Virus record (IMG/VR): IMGVR_UViG_3300034374_012521
Span: 1-64,000 of that record
DNA length: 64,000 nucleotides
From: a virus
Strand: one strand, 5' to 3'
A program made the translations under genes and the position numbers. Below are positions 1-9,993 of the stretch, one piece after another. The notes under the pieces were generated by a model that was not told the origin of the DNA, made no database searches, and worked only from the letters and a program-made list of their open reading frames with translations. Numbering within the stretch: position 1 is the first letter of the stretch; each line of letters starts with the position of its first letter.

Positions 1-279
1 ATAGGTACAAGAGTTAATGGTAATAACGCATTTACACCTGTTAATGATTATGACAATAGTATACAGACATCTCAGGAATTAAGATTAATGAGAAATAGGT
101 CATCAGTAGAACTGGATGGTCGTATGGCCGAGTTCTTTGCGGTTGCAGATATACCAGGAGTTAGTGGTACCGACTTAACTGATTTAGAAAAAGGTGAAGG
201 GTATCTTGCGTGGAAATGGGGACTAGTTTCTTCTCTGCCATCTGGGCACCCATATAAGAATTCACCTCCAACTGTTTAA
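1..279 (+). CDS. C-terminal part of a putative virion/tail-associated protein (partial, starts before window)
   Basis: Frame open from base 1; ends in EGYLAWKWGL..LPSGHPYK..PP, a C-terminal motif seen in phage structural/LamG-type proteins. Confidence 0.55.
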   Translation: MGTRVNGNNAFTPVNDYDNSIQTSQELRLMRNRSSVELDGRMAEFFAVADIPGVSGTDLTDLEKGEGYLAWKWGLVSSLPSGHPYKNSPPTV

Positions 280-291
280 AACAGTTGACAT

Positions 292-300
292 GATATATAG
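292..300 (+). promoter_or_regulatory. putative phage late promoter (GATATATAG)
   Basis: Instance of the recurrent RATATATA motif just upstream of a tail-fibre-like gene. Confidence 0.5.
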
Positions 301-318
301 ATAAAATAATTTCCACTA

Positions 319-972
319 GTGGCTTATAGAATAGTACTAAGACAGGATGTTGCAGCGAATTGGACAACTAACAATCCAGTTCTTCTAAGTGGTGAACTCG
401 GATTTGAAACCGATACCAAAAGAATCAAACTTGGTAATGGTTCGGATAGATGGAATGCTCTTCCATATTATCTAAGAGCAGGATTCTATGGGCATTTTTA
501 TGATACCACCTTTCAGCAAGTGGGTTCTACTGGGGAAGCTTACTATGTTAGATGTAATACCACAAACATTTCTGAAGGAGTTTATGTAACTGGAGCTACT
601 GCTGGTCCTTCAGGTGCTACTGGAAACTTTAGATATGTGGTTGAAAACCCAGGAACCTATGAGGTAAGGCTATCTGGAAATCTGAGATCCTGTGGTAATG
701 GTGAAAGATTTGTGTATGTTTGGCTTGCGAAAAACGGAACTGACGTACCGTATTCTGGACAGTACGTTGAAATGTTTGGTAACATTTCAAACCCTGATTA
801 TCTGGACTTCAATTTCCACTACCCCGTAAGAATGGATGCTGAAGATTATATAGAAATCAAATATGGAAATGAGGAGTGCCCGTTACTTGGATTTGAACCA
901 GCAACTGGAGCAACTGGAAGACCTTGGGAAAGCGTTCCTTCGGTATCAGTAACCCTCAGTCAACTTGGATAG
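319..972 (+). CDS. tail fibre-related protein with Mtd/hyaluronidase-like N-terminal domain
   Basis: NWTTNNPVLLSGELGFETDT..IKLGNG...WNALPY motif. Confidence 0.75.
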   Translation: MAYRIVLRQDVAANWTTNNPVLLSGELGFETDTKRIKLGNGSDRWNALPYYLRAGFYGHFYDTTFQQVGSTGEAYYVRCNTTNISEGVYVTGATAGPSGATGNFRYVVENPGTYEVRLSGNLRSCGNGERFVYVWLAKNGTDVPYSGQYVEMFGNISNPDYLDFNFHYPVRMDAEDYIEIKYGNEECPLLGFEPATGATGRPWESVPSVSVTLSQLG

Positions 973-1269
973 TCTTTGAACGGCTATCGGATCCTTAATA
1001 GATTTTCCCGAGAGTGCATTAAAGGTTTCTTCGTTAACCATTATTACTGAGGTATTAATTCCGCTATCATAATTCCTAAATGCACCATTATCCCAATTGG
1101 TTTTAAGATGTATAGACATCTCATCACCCTCTTTCAGGTAAAGAGTGTCCTTATCTGTTGTGACAATTGAAAATTCAGAAACCTGGATTAGGTTGGACGA
1201 AACTACCTTTTGTTGTCCGCAAGCAGCAAAGAGAACTGACGTTGCTGCAATAATGAATGTCTTTTTCAT
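946..1269 (-). CDS. putative lipoprotein
   Basis: MKK + hydrophobic stretch + lipobox LFAAC. Confidence 0.6.
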   Translation of the reverse strand: MKKTFIIAATSVLFAACGQQKVVSSNLIQVSEFSIVTTDKDTLYLKEGDEMSIHLKTNWDNGAFRNYDSGINTSVIMVNEETFNALSGKSIKDPIAVQRLSKLTEGY

Positions 1270-1329
1270 AACGATGATTTCTTCAAAAATACATCATTAA
1301 TACGAAAAGAACCCGATTGAGTTTCGATT

Positions 1330-2034
1330 TTATAAGCTACATCCTGGAGGATTTTTAAACTTGGCCTCAGTGCCAGCTCCAGCTGAAGTGTTGTACCTGT
1401 CTTTCCACCACGTAGCTTGTCCAGAGAGATCTGATGGGATTGGCTTGTCAACTGCAGTAATCTTATTTGTTGTTTGATCGTACTTGTAATCCTTCATCCT
1501 TATCTCTAAGAACATTCTACAAGCCAATGCATTATAAAGTGGTTTGGCTAAACTATCATAAGGAACCATATCCCAATTTAGCCCAAGATCTCTGCTAATC
1601 TTTGATTTTGCATCTTCTATGGATTTTTTAATAGCCCAGTTCCCCTGTGGTTCTTGTCCTTGGTAGCCAATGGTCTTCAGTGAGGATGATTTATCAAGCT
1701 GGAAGATTCCTTTTGTTGAAGCTGGTCTTGTATAAGTCCTTGGGTTTGTTCCATAACAACTTTCAACAGCAGAAAGTCTTTTCATGAACGATTTGATGTT
1801 TTCCCCATCACCAAATACCTCAGCCACAATATCAATTGCTTTGTCGACAAGATCTACCGCCTTGTCACCAGTATAGTATTCTTCGTACTTTTCCCTTTCC
1901 TTAGAATCTTCTGGGTTTGCCCTCATAGCTTCCCATTCCTCTGTAGATACTTTTTTGGCCTTTTTAATCGACTCAATCCTAGCCTCATTGAGGTTCTCGG
2001 AAGTGAAATTGGTAAATGATTTCAAGTTATTCAT
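1330..2034 (-). CDS. putative lysozyme-like (transglycosylase-fold) protein
   Basis: AVES..G, GIFQ, WWKDRYNT..G motifs; start chosen at MNNLKSF. Confidence 0.5.
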   Translation of the reverse strand: MNNLKSFTNFTSENLNEARIESIKKAKKVSTEEWEAMRANPEDSKEREKYEEYYTGDKAVDLVDKAIDIVAEVFGDGENIKSFMKRLSAVESCYGTNPRTYTRPASTKGIFQLDKSSSLKTIGYQGQEPQGNWAIKKSIEDAKSKISRDLGLNWDMVPYDSLAKPLYNALACRMFLEIRMKDYKYDQTTNKITAVDKPIPSDLSGQATWWKDRYNTSAGAGTEAKFKNPPGCSL

Positions 2035-2069
2035 GGGAATCAATAAAGCTATGATTTTAATTATATATC

Positions 2070-2768
2070 TCAGTTTTCTACTATTTGGTATAAATTAAGA
2101 TCTTGTATAACCTTCTCTGCTACTTTTTTATGACCGGAGATTTGCATATGACAGAGGAAATCAGCACAGTCGGATCTTTCAATTAAATCCCTGGTGTCTA
2201 TAATTTGAGCACCTTTTAAATCTGACACAAGTAAATTCTGGTATTCGGTTTTGATCCTTGCATATTCTCTCCATTTGCTTGAGTTGGAGTTTAAAACTTT
2301 ATCGGTTGATGTTCCTAAGATTACAACAGGTTTAACCCCAAAGTCTAAGCATATCTCAACCATCTGTTCTATATTTCTAAAGATTTCTTGTGGTGGAATG
2401 GAAGACGATGCGTCGTTCCCTCCACCAAAGATAAAGCAATATTCGTAGGTAGAGTCTATGTTTTGGATTAGTCTCCTTTTCATCCAGGATGTTGTTTTAC
2501 CCTCAACAGCAGTATTGGTTATTTCCATCCCAGTCCATTCAGAAAGGAATGTCTGCCACCCTTTAGAAAAGGCGGAATGAGAATCTCCAATAATTAATGA
2601 TTTCTTGTTTAGAACTATCGTAGGACAGTCAGGTTGTATAATAACCGTATCCGATACAATTTGCTGGGGGATAGGATTTATTGGCTCTTCAGCAGAATCT
2701 AGTAGGAAAGCTAATATTAACCCTGCAACTAATGCCATTATGATGTTTGTTAAATCCCTATTTGTCAT
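2070..2768 (-). CDS. membrane-anchored SGNH/GDSL hydrolase
   Basis: IIGDSHS, GGGND, D.LCH....GH blocks; N-terminal TM helix. Confidence 0.8.
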   Translation of the reverse strand: MTNRDLTNIIMALVAGLILAFLLDSAEEPINPIPQQIVSDTVIIQPDCPTIVLNKKSLIIGDSHSAFSKGWQTFLSEWTGMEITNTAVEGKTTSWMKRRLIQNIDSTYEYCFIFGGGNDASSSIPPQEIFRNIEQMVEICLDFGVKPVVILGTSTDKVLNSNSSKWREYARIKTEYQNLLVSDLKGAQIIDTRDLIERSDCADFLCHMQISGHKKVAEKVIQDLNLYQIVEN

Positions 2769-2976
2769 CCTCTATATAACCTAGAGGAGAGTTTTGATTG
2801 GTTCTTTTGTGAAACATTTGATTCACAGTGGAGTTGATCTTTTCACACCTTAGTACTTGGAAGGCTCCAAGCCCCATTGTTATAACTGCCCATATTGTCG
2901 GGAAGGTGAGTAAGCAACATGCCCAAAGAATAAGACCAATAATTTTAGGAATTAATTCTGTTGTTTGGAACGTCAT
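2758..2976 (-). CDS. small hypothetical membrane protein
   Basis: Hydrophobic 72-aa ORF packed between neighbours. Confidence 0.45.
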   Translation of the reverse strand: MTFQTTELIPKIIGLILWACCLLTFPTIWAVITMGLGAFQVLRCEKINSTVNQMFHKRTNQNSPLGYIEDDK

Positions 2977-3160
2977 TTTGGTTTTTACTGTTCATATAAT
3001 CCAAACCTGCTTGTCCCATCCATTGCAAAGGATCAACTGAGTCTGGATCATTTTGTTGTCTTCCCATTGCTTGTAGTGGCTCAGGGGAACCGTGTGATGC
3101 CTTATTTAATCTCTCAAGTTTATCCTTAATTGCCTCTAAATATTCTGAATTTTGATACAT
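2945..3160 (-). CDS. hypothetical protein
   Basis: ORF preceded by the GATATATAG motif (3178-3186). Confidence 0.5.
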   Translation of the reverse strand: MYQNSEYLEAIKDKLERLNKASHGSPEPLQAMGRQQNDPDSVDPLQWMGQAGLDYMNSKNQNDVPNNRINS

Positions 3161-3287
3161 AGTTATTCTTTAATCATCTATATATCGATTTATTCTAAGG
3201 TATTCCTTTATTGTGATAAAAACGAATATGATGAAGTATCCTGTTAGCGTAAATTTTAGCATTACACCCAGTCCTCTGATAATGTTA

Positions 3288-3536
3288 TCAATTATTTCTA
3301 ACCAGCTCAATCGCATCTTCGAGGGTTTTCCAAATGATCATATCTGGTTGATCCTCGGACTGAATTGCAAGAAGCATTTTACCCTCGTCGGACTTTGCAA
3401 CTGCCAAAGTTCCAAGTCCTTCGCAAATAAGCGGATAAGCTTGGTTGTTCTCCAGTCTTTCAAAAATTTCTTCATAATCAAAGTCATGCCAATCAAAATT
3501 GAAAGCATCTTTGTACTGTTTGCTGAATTCTGCCAT
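3288..3536 (-). CDS. hypothetical protein
   Basis: 82-aa ORF in the dominant orientation. Confidence 0.55.
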   Translation of the reverse strand: MAEFSKQYKDAFNFDWHDFDYEEIFERLENNQAYPLICEGLGTLAVAKSDEGKMLLAIQSEDQPDMIIWKTLEDAIELVRNN

Positions 3537-3714
3537 TATTTTTTCTTTGTATAAGGTTTAACTAAACAAGTTGGACATATGTAAACCATATTCAGACCGG
3601 GGGGAATTCCCTTTCCACACGATGTGCACTTGTCCCATCTATCTTTATTTTTGTCCATTTAGAACGTATATTTTTTCGACCCCTTTCTTGGAGGTTAATA
3701 ATTGTCTATTGATT

Positions 3715-4413
3715 TCACTTTCTATTCCTTCTAAGAGAGAATTCCCCTTTATTGTAGATTATATATGAATTGTTTTCTATCCAGTCGCCACAATTTAAGT
3801 AATGTCTATTGTACTTAGAAAAAGATATTTCTGGGGTGTGTATATGTCCACAAATAACCCCCTTACATCCCCTTCTTTCTGCTTGATAAACAAGTTGCTT
3901 TTCGAACGAAGTAATAAATTTAACAGCACCCTTAACTTTTTGTTTTAGAAATTTTGATAACGACTTCTTTCTGCCGATTTTTTTCAGCAATCTATCTATA
4001 ACAATGGCAGCTTCGTACCCCCAGCTTCCTAAATGACCCAGCCATTTAAGTTGAACTACTCCGTCGTACATATCCCCATGGACAATAAAATAATCGTTCC
4101 AAACGAATTCGTCTACAATAAGAATATTTTTACCAAAACTTGTTGGTGTGTAATCTCTTATAAATTCATCATGGTTACCGCTAACCCAGACAACCTGTGT
4201 TCCCCTTTTTGAATAGGAAAGTATTTTTCTAATAAGGTTTGTATAATCCTGGTTCCAGAGGTGTCTTTTTTTTAACAGCCAGCCGTCTATAAAATCGCCA
4301 ACTATAAAAAGATGATCTGGTTCATACATTTTTAGAACCTCCAGACACTCTTTTGCATTGCATCCTTTGCTTCCTAAATGCACATCTGATATAAAAAGGG
4401 CTTCGACTTTCAT
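3715..4413 (-). CDS. LpxH-like metallophosphoesterase (UDP-2,3-diacylglucosamine hydrolase family)
   Basis: SDVHLG, GDFID, GNHD, HGD, GHIH, NCGDW motifs. Confidence 0.85.
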   Translation of the reverse strand: MKVEALFISDVHLGSKGCNAKECLEVLKMYEPDHLFIVGDFIDGWLLKKRHLWNQDYTNLIRKILSYSKRGTQVVWVSGNHDEFIRDYTPTSFGKNILIVDEFVWNDYFIVHGDMYDGVVQLKWLGHLGSWGYEAAIVIDRLLKKIGRKKSLSKFLKQKVKGAVKFITSFEKQLVYQAERRGCKGVICGHIHTPEISFSKYNRHYLNCGDWIENNSYIIYNKGEFSLRRNRK

Positions 4414-4416
4414 TTC

Positions 4417-5481
4417 CTAATTGCTTAATGGTGCTTTAATTGCTGGATGTGATTCATATCCATCTAGGATAAAATCTTTGGATCTTAGTATCGGGATAAT
4501 ACTTCCAAAGTCTTTGGGATCAACATGATCCTTAATTAAGATTTTTGGTAATTGATAAGGCTCCCTACGAATCTGTTCTTCTGCTTGGTTTATGTGATTC
4601 TTATAGAGATGAACATCACCCAAATTTCCAACCAGTTCATCTGGGACCATATTAACCTCTTTGCCAATGATTATTAGCAATAGAGCGTAACTAGCAATGT
4701 TAAAAGGCAAACCTAAAAAGGTGTCAACTGATCTTTGGTTCCACATAAGGGAGATAGTTCTTCTAGGAAACCCCCTTTCATCCAGATCCTCGTGATAAAG
4801 ATTTTTTGCATAACTTTTATCCTTGCCCTCATTTTTAGACCAAACTTCCCTTCTTTCGTTGAGGTCCATTTCTCTTGTATAAACTTGAAACCCATAGTGA
4901 CAGGGTGGAAGAACCATTTGATCTAATTCACCGACATTCCAAGCGCTAACCATTAATCTCCTTGAGTCTGGGTTTGTTTTAAGATCGTTGATTAGGTTTT
5001 GGATTTGGTCAACATATCCGGACTGTAAATAAAAACCTTCGGTTCCATCAGTATTTCCTTCTATCCAGGTATCACCTTTCCAATTCCTCCACTGAGAACC
5101 GTAGATTGGACCTAATTCACCCCACTCCTTAGCAAACTCATCATCGTTTTTGATTTGTTGGATAAACTCATCCATTGATAAAGAATTATCCATTGCAAAT
5201 GCCTTATAATTCTTATATGCATCACCATTCCAGATGTTACACCCATTATCTACCAAATACTTAATGTTAGTATCACCATTTAAGAACCACAATAATTCAA
5301 CCACCATGGTTCTGAATGCCATCTTCTTGGTAGTGAGTAGAGGGTATCCCTCCGACATCTTATGACGGATTTGTCTTCCAAATACTGAAATAGTCCCGGT
5401 CCCAGTTCTATCTGATTTTTCTACTCCATTTGAAAGTATATCATTCAGTAATTCTTGGTATTGTTTATCTATATTATTCAT
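4417..5481 (-). CDS. thyA: thymidylate synthase
   Basis: DRTGTGT, LGPIYGSQWR, LPPCH, QRSVDTFLGLPFNIASY. Confidence 0.97.
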   Translation of the reverse strand: MNNIDKQYQELLNDILSNGVEKSDRTGTGTISVFGRQIRHKMSEGYPLLTTKKMAFRTMVVELLWFLNGDTNIKYLVDNGCNIWNGDAYKNYKAFAMDNSLSMDEFIQQIKNDDEFAKEWGELGPIYGSQWRNWKGDTWIEGNTDGTEGFYLQSGYVDQIQNLINDLKTNPDSRRLMVSAWNVGELDQMVLPPCHYGFQVYTREMDLNERREVWSKNEGKDKSYAKNLYHEDLDERGFPRRTISLMWNQRSVDTFLGLPFNIASYALLLIIIGKEVNMVPDELVGNLGDVHLYKNHINQAEEQIRREPYQLPKILIKDHVDPKDFGSIIPILRSKDFILDGYESHPAIKAPLSN

Positions 5482-5863
5482 CTTGGTATCTTGATTTTAC
5501 TCTTTCCGAAATTGGTATGGGGTCATTATTTTCGTCTATCCTTACAAATTTTATTTTGGTGGATAGAATAACTGATTGCTGTCCTGAATAAACACTATGT
5601 GCTCTGGCCTCCAGATAAAGTGTTAGCGAGGTGTTACCAATATCACTGACTTCCCCATATATTTTAATTAGCTGGCCCTCTTTAGCGGGTCTTTTGAAAA
5701 TACATTCATCTATTTTAACAGTGACCATTCTTGGGGTATCACAAACTTCCATTGCCATTGCAGCACCAGCTGCATCTAGCCAAGCAAGAAGTTTACCACC
5801 AAAAAGGTTTGCATGAAATCCAAGGTCAGACTTTTTTATTGGGTGTGTTGATATTAATTCCAT
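5474..5863 (-). CDS. acyl-CoA thioesterase (hotdog fold, YciA-like)
   Basis: DL...NLFGGKLLAWLD.A and GNTS motifs. Confidence 0.85.
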   Translation of the reverse strand: MELISTHPIKKSDLGFHANLFGGKLLAWLDAAGAAMAMEVCDTPRMVTVKIDECIFKRPAKEGQLIKIYGEVSDIGNTSLTLYLEARAHSVYSGQQSVILSTKIKFVRIDENNDPIPISERVKSRYQDE

Positions 5864-6123
5864 TAGATTCTTTGTGGGAATTGACCCTTTATACAAATAA
5901 TATATTGCAACTCACTATTGGGGCTTTCTAAAAGAGGAATACTAAATTTCAAATCGCTAGGCAAATCCCTTTCATATTTGACACCTTCTGGCAATTCCCT
6001 CCCAAGTACTACACCGAGCGCCATATATTCTTTGAACTCCAATTCTCTCCCGTCGCAAGGTAGCCAGTCTTTAGGGGTGTAGTTATTACTAAAAAGTATT
6101 ATTTGTCCTAAGTAAGCTTCCAT
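5863..6123 (-). CDS. phage tail-collar domain protein
   Basis: YLGQIILF..NYTPKDWLPCDGREL...YIICIKGQFP. Confidence 0.75.
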   Translation of the reverse strand: MEAYLGQIILFSNNYTPKDWLPCDGRELEFKEYMALGVVLGRELPEGVKYERDLPSDLKFSIPLLESPNSELQYIICIKGQFPQRI

Positions 6124-6488
6124 TACTTTTCAAATATTTTAATTTTTGCATCAACCTCAGTTAGCTCCGACCAGGTACCCATATAGGTAACCGCTCTTAC
6201 CTTACGATTATCTATCCATACGTATTCCTGTCCATCTTTTATCCTTGGTTTATCCATTACCAACGAGTGATATAGAAATCCATTGTCGTGAAGCCACTTC
6301 TCAGTAACTTCTCTGTCCTTCTCCTCTCTGGCTGTAAAGAAGGTGATTGTGTTTCCCTCCTCGTGCCACTTATTGATAATATCCAAAGCATCTTCATATG
6401 GCTTTGCATATGGGTAGAGGTGACTATCCTCATTTTTAATGTCCTCACAGACGGTTCCGTCAATATCTATTAGGAAAATTCTTGTCAT
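6123..6488 (-). CDS. small HAD-superfamily phosphatase
   Basis: DIDGT, FFTAR, KP, WIDN motifs. Confidence 0.8.
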   Translation of the reverse strand: MTRIFLIDIDGTVCEDIKNEDSHLYPYAKPYEDALDIINKWHEEGNTITFFTAREEKDREVTEKWLHDNGFLYHSLVMDKPRIKDGQEYVWIDNRKVRAVTYMGTWSELTEVDAKIKIFEK

Positions 6489-6651
6489 ATTTAATCGTTA
6501 ATAGATTCTTCTCCCGATTGTCTTGCAAGTCTTAAAGCAATTCCTATCATTAAACCTTCAGCTAAATGTCCAACTAAGTTATCAAATGTGATTGGCATCC
6601 ACATACCTAGTATGGCAATACAAATTGCGTGTCCATATTTTGTCATCTGAA

Positions 6652-6996
6652 TCACTTAAAAAGCCTTCCCAAAAGATCAAGTTGGAATTGCTCCCATCTA
6701 GTTAGGTTTGAACCCCAAAGCTTTCTTTCCGAAAAATCATCATATCGATTCCATAATGGGTAATATAGGAACAGAAAATCCCATTCATCGATAGTGAACC
6801 TTTTTACTGAGGTTTTGTTGGGAAGCCTAAACTCAAAAGATAATAGCGAGTAAAACCTAAAGTTTACATTAAACGTGAAAAAATTAAACCCCCATGATTC
6901 GTCTCCGTCGTGAAGATATAAGTTTAATAAATGGAATTTGAAGTTCCATCTCCTGGTCTTCCAGGAGATTTTTTCTAGAAATGTTTTGAATCTCAT
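6652..6996 (-). CDS. hypothetical protein
   Basis: Aromatic-rich ORF; start uncertain. Confidence 0.5.
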   Translation of the reverse strand: MRFKTFLEKISWKTRRWNFKFHLLNLYLHDGDESWGFNFFTFNVNFRFYSLLSFEFRLPNKTSVKRFTIDEWDFLFLYYPLWNRYDDFSERKLWGSNLTRWEQFQLDLLGRLFK

Positions 6997-7049
6997 AATG
7001 ATAGAAAATGATCCTATCATTAAACCGTTTTGATTACCTAAAGTTTCGA

Positions 7050-7997
7050 TTAAGCAAGGTTTGAATAATCACCTATTTCAAACCTGGATGAGTATGCTAA
7101 AGCGTGTCTCCAAGCCCTACTTCCGGTTATATCTTTACCCCATCCGGCATTAGCATTAACAGCAGCTCCTAAAGCATCTTCAAATTTTGTAAAATCATTT
7201 GGGTCATCATTCCCAAACTTTCTTTTTGAGTGTTTGCTGCTTAATCTATCTAAGAAATAAAGTGCATTTAGTTCTGCCGCTATTTCAGGGTCGTTTGCCA
7301 TTTCAGGGTTTCTGACTATATCAACGTTAGTTCCGTGCTGCTTAAGAAGATTGTTGTATTTTTCATAGTTGCCCTTAAAGGTCAGTCCATTAAAACCTCT
7401 CCCCCTATATTTTGCACCGTCTCCAGGACTATCATTACCATATCTTCCGCCGTAAACAACGTCCCAAAATTCATCGGTCTTTTTGATTCTATTAAGTTCG
7501 TCGTCTGAGAGATCCTTAACCTTGCTCCCAAATATTTTTCTGATTCTTTCATTAGATGTATTCTTATAGGAAATCTCGTCCTTTGGGATAAAATTGGACT
7601 CTTTTCCTATGACCGAAAGGATGGCTTTTTGTGTTAGTGGATTTACTATTCCATATTTCTTGAGGGCATCAACGACAAGCTGGGCATTTTTCTTCTTGTC
7701 TCCAGACAAACCCTTGGGATCAACTTTTCCAACTACGGGGGAAAGTTTAGTCTGTAGGTCAAGATCTTCTATCTCGTCCCGGTTAGACATTTTTCCCACT
7801 AATATATCAGCCAAAGAACCGGTTTCTTGTTGGCCCGTTTGCTGTTGAGGGTCAATACCGTCCCTTCTATTCAGATAATTTCTAAGTGTGGTAGCTAATT
7901 CCTCGGTTGGTTTTCTTTTTCCCCTTTCCCTTTTTACGCTACTTATGAATTCTTTAGCAGAATCTTCAAAAAGTTCAAACTCTTTTATATTTCTCAC
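7050..7997 (-). CDS. GH19 chitinase-like peptidoglycan hydrolase
   Basis: KES, YGGRYGND..GDGAKYRGRGFNGLTFKGNY. Confidence 0.85.
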   Translation of the reverse strand: MRNIKEFELFEDSAKEFISSVKRERGKRKPTEELATTLRNYLNRRDGIDPQQQTGQQETGSLADILVGKMSNRDEIEDLDLQTKLSPVVGKVDPKGLSGDKKKNAQLVVDALKKYGIVNPLTQKAILSVIGKESNFIPKDEISYKNTSNERIRKIFGSKVKDLSDDELNRIKKTDEFWDVVYGGRYGNDSPGDGAKYRGRGFNGLTFKGNYEKYNNLLKQHGTNVDIVRNPEMANDPEIAAELNALYFLDRLSSKHSKRKFGNDDPNDFTKFEDALGAAVNANAGWGKDITGSRAWRHALAYSSRFEIGDYSNLA

Positions 7998-8011
7998 AAT
8001 TGAAATTTATT

Positions 8012-8833
8012 TTACCAACACTCTATTGAGGGATAATATATATCCGAATCTACAAACTGGAATTGGAATGAGTGCTCTCTGACTCTAAATTCCATATTTC
8101 TGATTTTTTTATAATGGTCTGAGATACTTATAAATTCCCTGGCAACCATTGGCCATATGGTATAGTTTGATATGGATGTTTCTTCTGAGGTAAGTAAGTG
8201 ATCCACATCATATAAATCTAATTCTTTCCTGAGGTGCAAGTTTTTAACCACTGCATCATGACAAGAGTGATTATAGATAACGAAATTGGCGGTGCTAGCT
8301 TGGGTTCTGGGTTTTGCTAGATGTTCTGTTAATATTTCAATCTCGCTAAAAAAATAGTGGTTCCCAATAAGTACATCCCAGTCAGCCGGCAATTCCTGGA
8401 ATACCTTTTTTATCTTTTCAAACCAACCTTGTGCTAATTCGCAATCATCTTCCAAAACCAAAATAGGTTCCCCTATTTTCTTAGCTAATTTCATGCATTT
8501 GAGATGTGATTTGAAAATTCCATCTGGTGGGAATTTTTCAACTATCCCATTAACTCTCTCCACATTCAGTTTTTGGAAAAGGTTATCATTTTTGATCTTG
8601 AAATTCATCCACCGATCTTCCCTTTCGGGTAGGTTAATAACCAAAGCTTTACTTGGAAGATCAAAGGCCTTTAGATCCTTTCGAAACCCACCCTTACAAT
8701 CTACAATTTTTGCAAGATCATCCTCCTTGTTATTCAAAGACATCTGTGAAAAATATCCTGGACTAACTCCTGGGGATAACGGCGTTCTCATACTTCTATT
8801 ATTCGTTCCAATCGGGATCCCCCCAATCATCAT
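8012..8833 (-). CDS. glycosyltransferase family 25-like
   Basis: VINLPEREDR, SHL, LVLEDDC, LPADWDVL. Confidence 0.8.
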   Translation of the reverse strand: MMIGGIPIGTNNRSMRTPLSPGVSPGYFSQMSLNNKEDDLAKIVDCKGGFRKDLKAFDLPSKALVINLPEREDRWMNFKIKNDNLFQKLNVERVNGIVEKFPPDGIFKSHLKCMKLAKKIGEPILVLEDDCELAQGWFEKIKKVFQELPADWDVLIGNHYFFSEIEILTEHLAKPRTQASTANFVIYNHSCHDAVVKNLHLRKELDLYDVDHLLTSEETSISNYTIWPMVAREFISISDHYKKIRNMEFRVREHSFQFQFVDSDIYYPSIECW

Positions 8834-9206
8834 ACGATTCGTCCAAATAGAAATCTGTTTCCTCGTGGGTTAATTCCCATCCGAATCCATCCTTAACCCA
8901 AACTTTTTCTGAAAGCGGGATCTCTATTCTTATTTCTACCCTCGAGCCATCAATTATTCCACCGATTACCTTTTCAAGGGCTTCAAGAATTTCTACGAGA
9001 TCCTCGTCTGGGATTTTTTTGCTTGATTCTGATTCGCAGTAGATTTCTAACCTGTTACTTTCATTGATATCCAGGCAATCTAAAAAGAGAGATCTTGTTT
9101 GTGGATCTATAATTAATTTTTCAATATTAGATCTAACAAGATCCAAAGACTCCCTTTGGAATTTACCCTTGCTTACTAAATCTATATGATAAAGACAGAC
9201 ATCCAT
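8799..9206 (-). CDS. hypothetical protein
   Basis: 135-aa acidic ORF. Confidence 0.55.
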   Translation of the reverse strand: MDVCLYHIDLVSKGKFQRESLDLVRSNIEKLIIDPQTRSLFLDCLDINESNRLEIYCESESSKKIPDEDLVEILEALEKVIGGIIDGSRVEIRIEIPLSEKVWVKDGFGWELTHEETDFYLDESYDDWGDPDWNE

Positions 9207-9248
9207 ATATGTTTTTAAACTTTGCTTTTATTTGACTATATAACAAGT

Positions 9249-9818
9249 TTAAAAAATAGATTTCTTACCTATAAATCTCGTGCAAAAAGTTTTTCTGTGA
9301 TATTTGGTTAACCCAAATTTTTCGATGGCTTCTATATGAGCCTTAGAGCCATAACCAGCATTGCTTTCCCATAAATATTCTGGAAATTGCTCTCCTAGTT
9401 TTTTCATTAATCTGTCTCTGGTAACCTTTGCTATGATTGATGCAGCTGCTATCGATTGAACTTTACTATCCCCTTTCACTATGCATTCGTAAGGAATGCC
9501 TTTGTGACCTGGGAATTTATCTCCATCCACTAAAAGTTTGGTTGGTGTATTTTCTAATTCGTCAATGGCCTTTTTCATGGAAACGAAAGTGGCTTGGAGA
9601 ATATTAATTCTATCGATCTCTTCGGATTCTACAATACCGATTCCCCAACTTATAGAGTTGCTCATTATAATATCATAAGCTTGATCCCTTTTCTTAGGGC
9701 TAAGCTTTTTGCTATCTTTGATAAGCTCATGCTTGAATCCTTCCGGTAAAATAACAGCTGCAGAAACAACGGGTCCAGAAAGACACCCTCTTCCTACCTC
9801 ATCAATTCCCGCTTCCAT
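9249..9818 (-). CDS. rnhB: ribonuclease HII
   Basis: GIDEVGRG.L.GPV, DSKKL, KGD...SIAAASIIAKVTRD. Confidence 0.96.
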   Translation of the reverse strand: MEAGIDEVGRGCLSGPVVSAAVILPEGFKHELIKDSKKLSPKKRDQAYDIIMSNSISWGIGIVESEEIDRINILQATFVSMKKAIDELENTPTKLLVDGDKFPGHKGIPYECIVKGDSKVQSIAAASIIAKVTRDRLMKKLGEQFPEYLWESNAGYGSKAHIEAIEKFGLTKYHRKTFCTRFIGKKSIF

Positions 9819-9990
9819 TCTTAGCCATCTCCTTTTTGACTTCTTCCATAGCTTGGTCGTAGATGACTTCCCTGTCCATCCATTTTCCGGACATACGTAA
9901 ATCCATTTGCTTTTGATTTACCTTTTCCATGACTTGGTCTTTTATACCAAGTTCCCAAGCTTCCATTAGTAGATCTTCTATTCGGCTCAT
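9802..9990 (-). CDS. hypothetical protein
   Basis: 62-aa ORF coupled to neighbours. Confidence 0.5.
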   Translation of the reverse strand: MSRIEDLLMEAWELGIKDQVMEKVNQKQMDLRMSGKWMDREVIYDQAMEEVKKEMAKNGSGN

Positions 9991-9993
9991 TTT

